DNA of 64,000 nt from the NCBI GenBank assembly GCA_951406725.2, contig OX597815.1, positions 51,088,001 to 51,152,000 of the forward strand, written 5' to 3'. The DNA is from Octopus vulgaris (lineage: Eukaryota). Shown piece by piece: positions 63,913-64,000 of the stretch (position 1 is the stretch's first letter; the number at the start of each line of letters is the position of its first letter). The notes beneath the pieces were generated by a model that saw nothing but the letters and a program-made list of their open reading frames with translations, was not told the DNA's origin and did not search any database. Position numbers and translations under genes: made by a program.

Positions 63913-64000
63913 TATGTTGTAGAGTTTGTTAGTTCAGGAGTGATGATTTACTTTGCTGGTGCTTAATCTCTTACAACATGCAGTCCTATAGTAAAGTAAA

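Noticed and set aside
1-64000. CRISPR arrays, rRNA, true tRNA genes, prokaryotic operons
   Set aside because: No regularly spaced repeat-spacer arrays or rRNA-like sequence. tRNA-like boxes belong to SINE heads.

Overview
AT-rich, repeat-dense eukaryotic DNA. The tRNA-derived SINEs and microsatellite landscape resemble Octopus (cephalopod) genomes, but this assignment is inferred, not searched. No host protein-coding exon could be supported. The dominant feature is a complete, young, GC-rich 6,144-bp Helitron (30693-36836, minus strand). It has 5'-TC and 3' hairpin+CTAG termini and sits exactly between A and T in a decayed RTE-type LINE, whose reading frame rejoins across the empty site. Its RepHel gene is broken by one 1-bp frameshift and begins with nine tandem 23-aa STPR-like repeats. 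The most unexpected signal is a set of small non-coding elements carrying type I hammerhead ribozymes. One young element (3278-4235) has a perfect 234-bp fold-back, a 563-bp unit with a 162-bp direct repeat, and an intact-core hammerhead at 3987-4048. An older, unrelated element has the same architecture (22186-22950, 423-bp unit). Three ~200-bp repeats carry minimal minus-strand hammerhead relics with compensatory stem changes. Together these suggest Penelope-like/retrozyme families. The rest comprises dead mariner, maT and hAT elements, MITEs, non-autonomous Helitron ends, LINE fragments, SINEs, fold-back palindromes and microsatellites.
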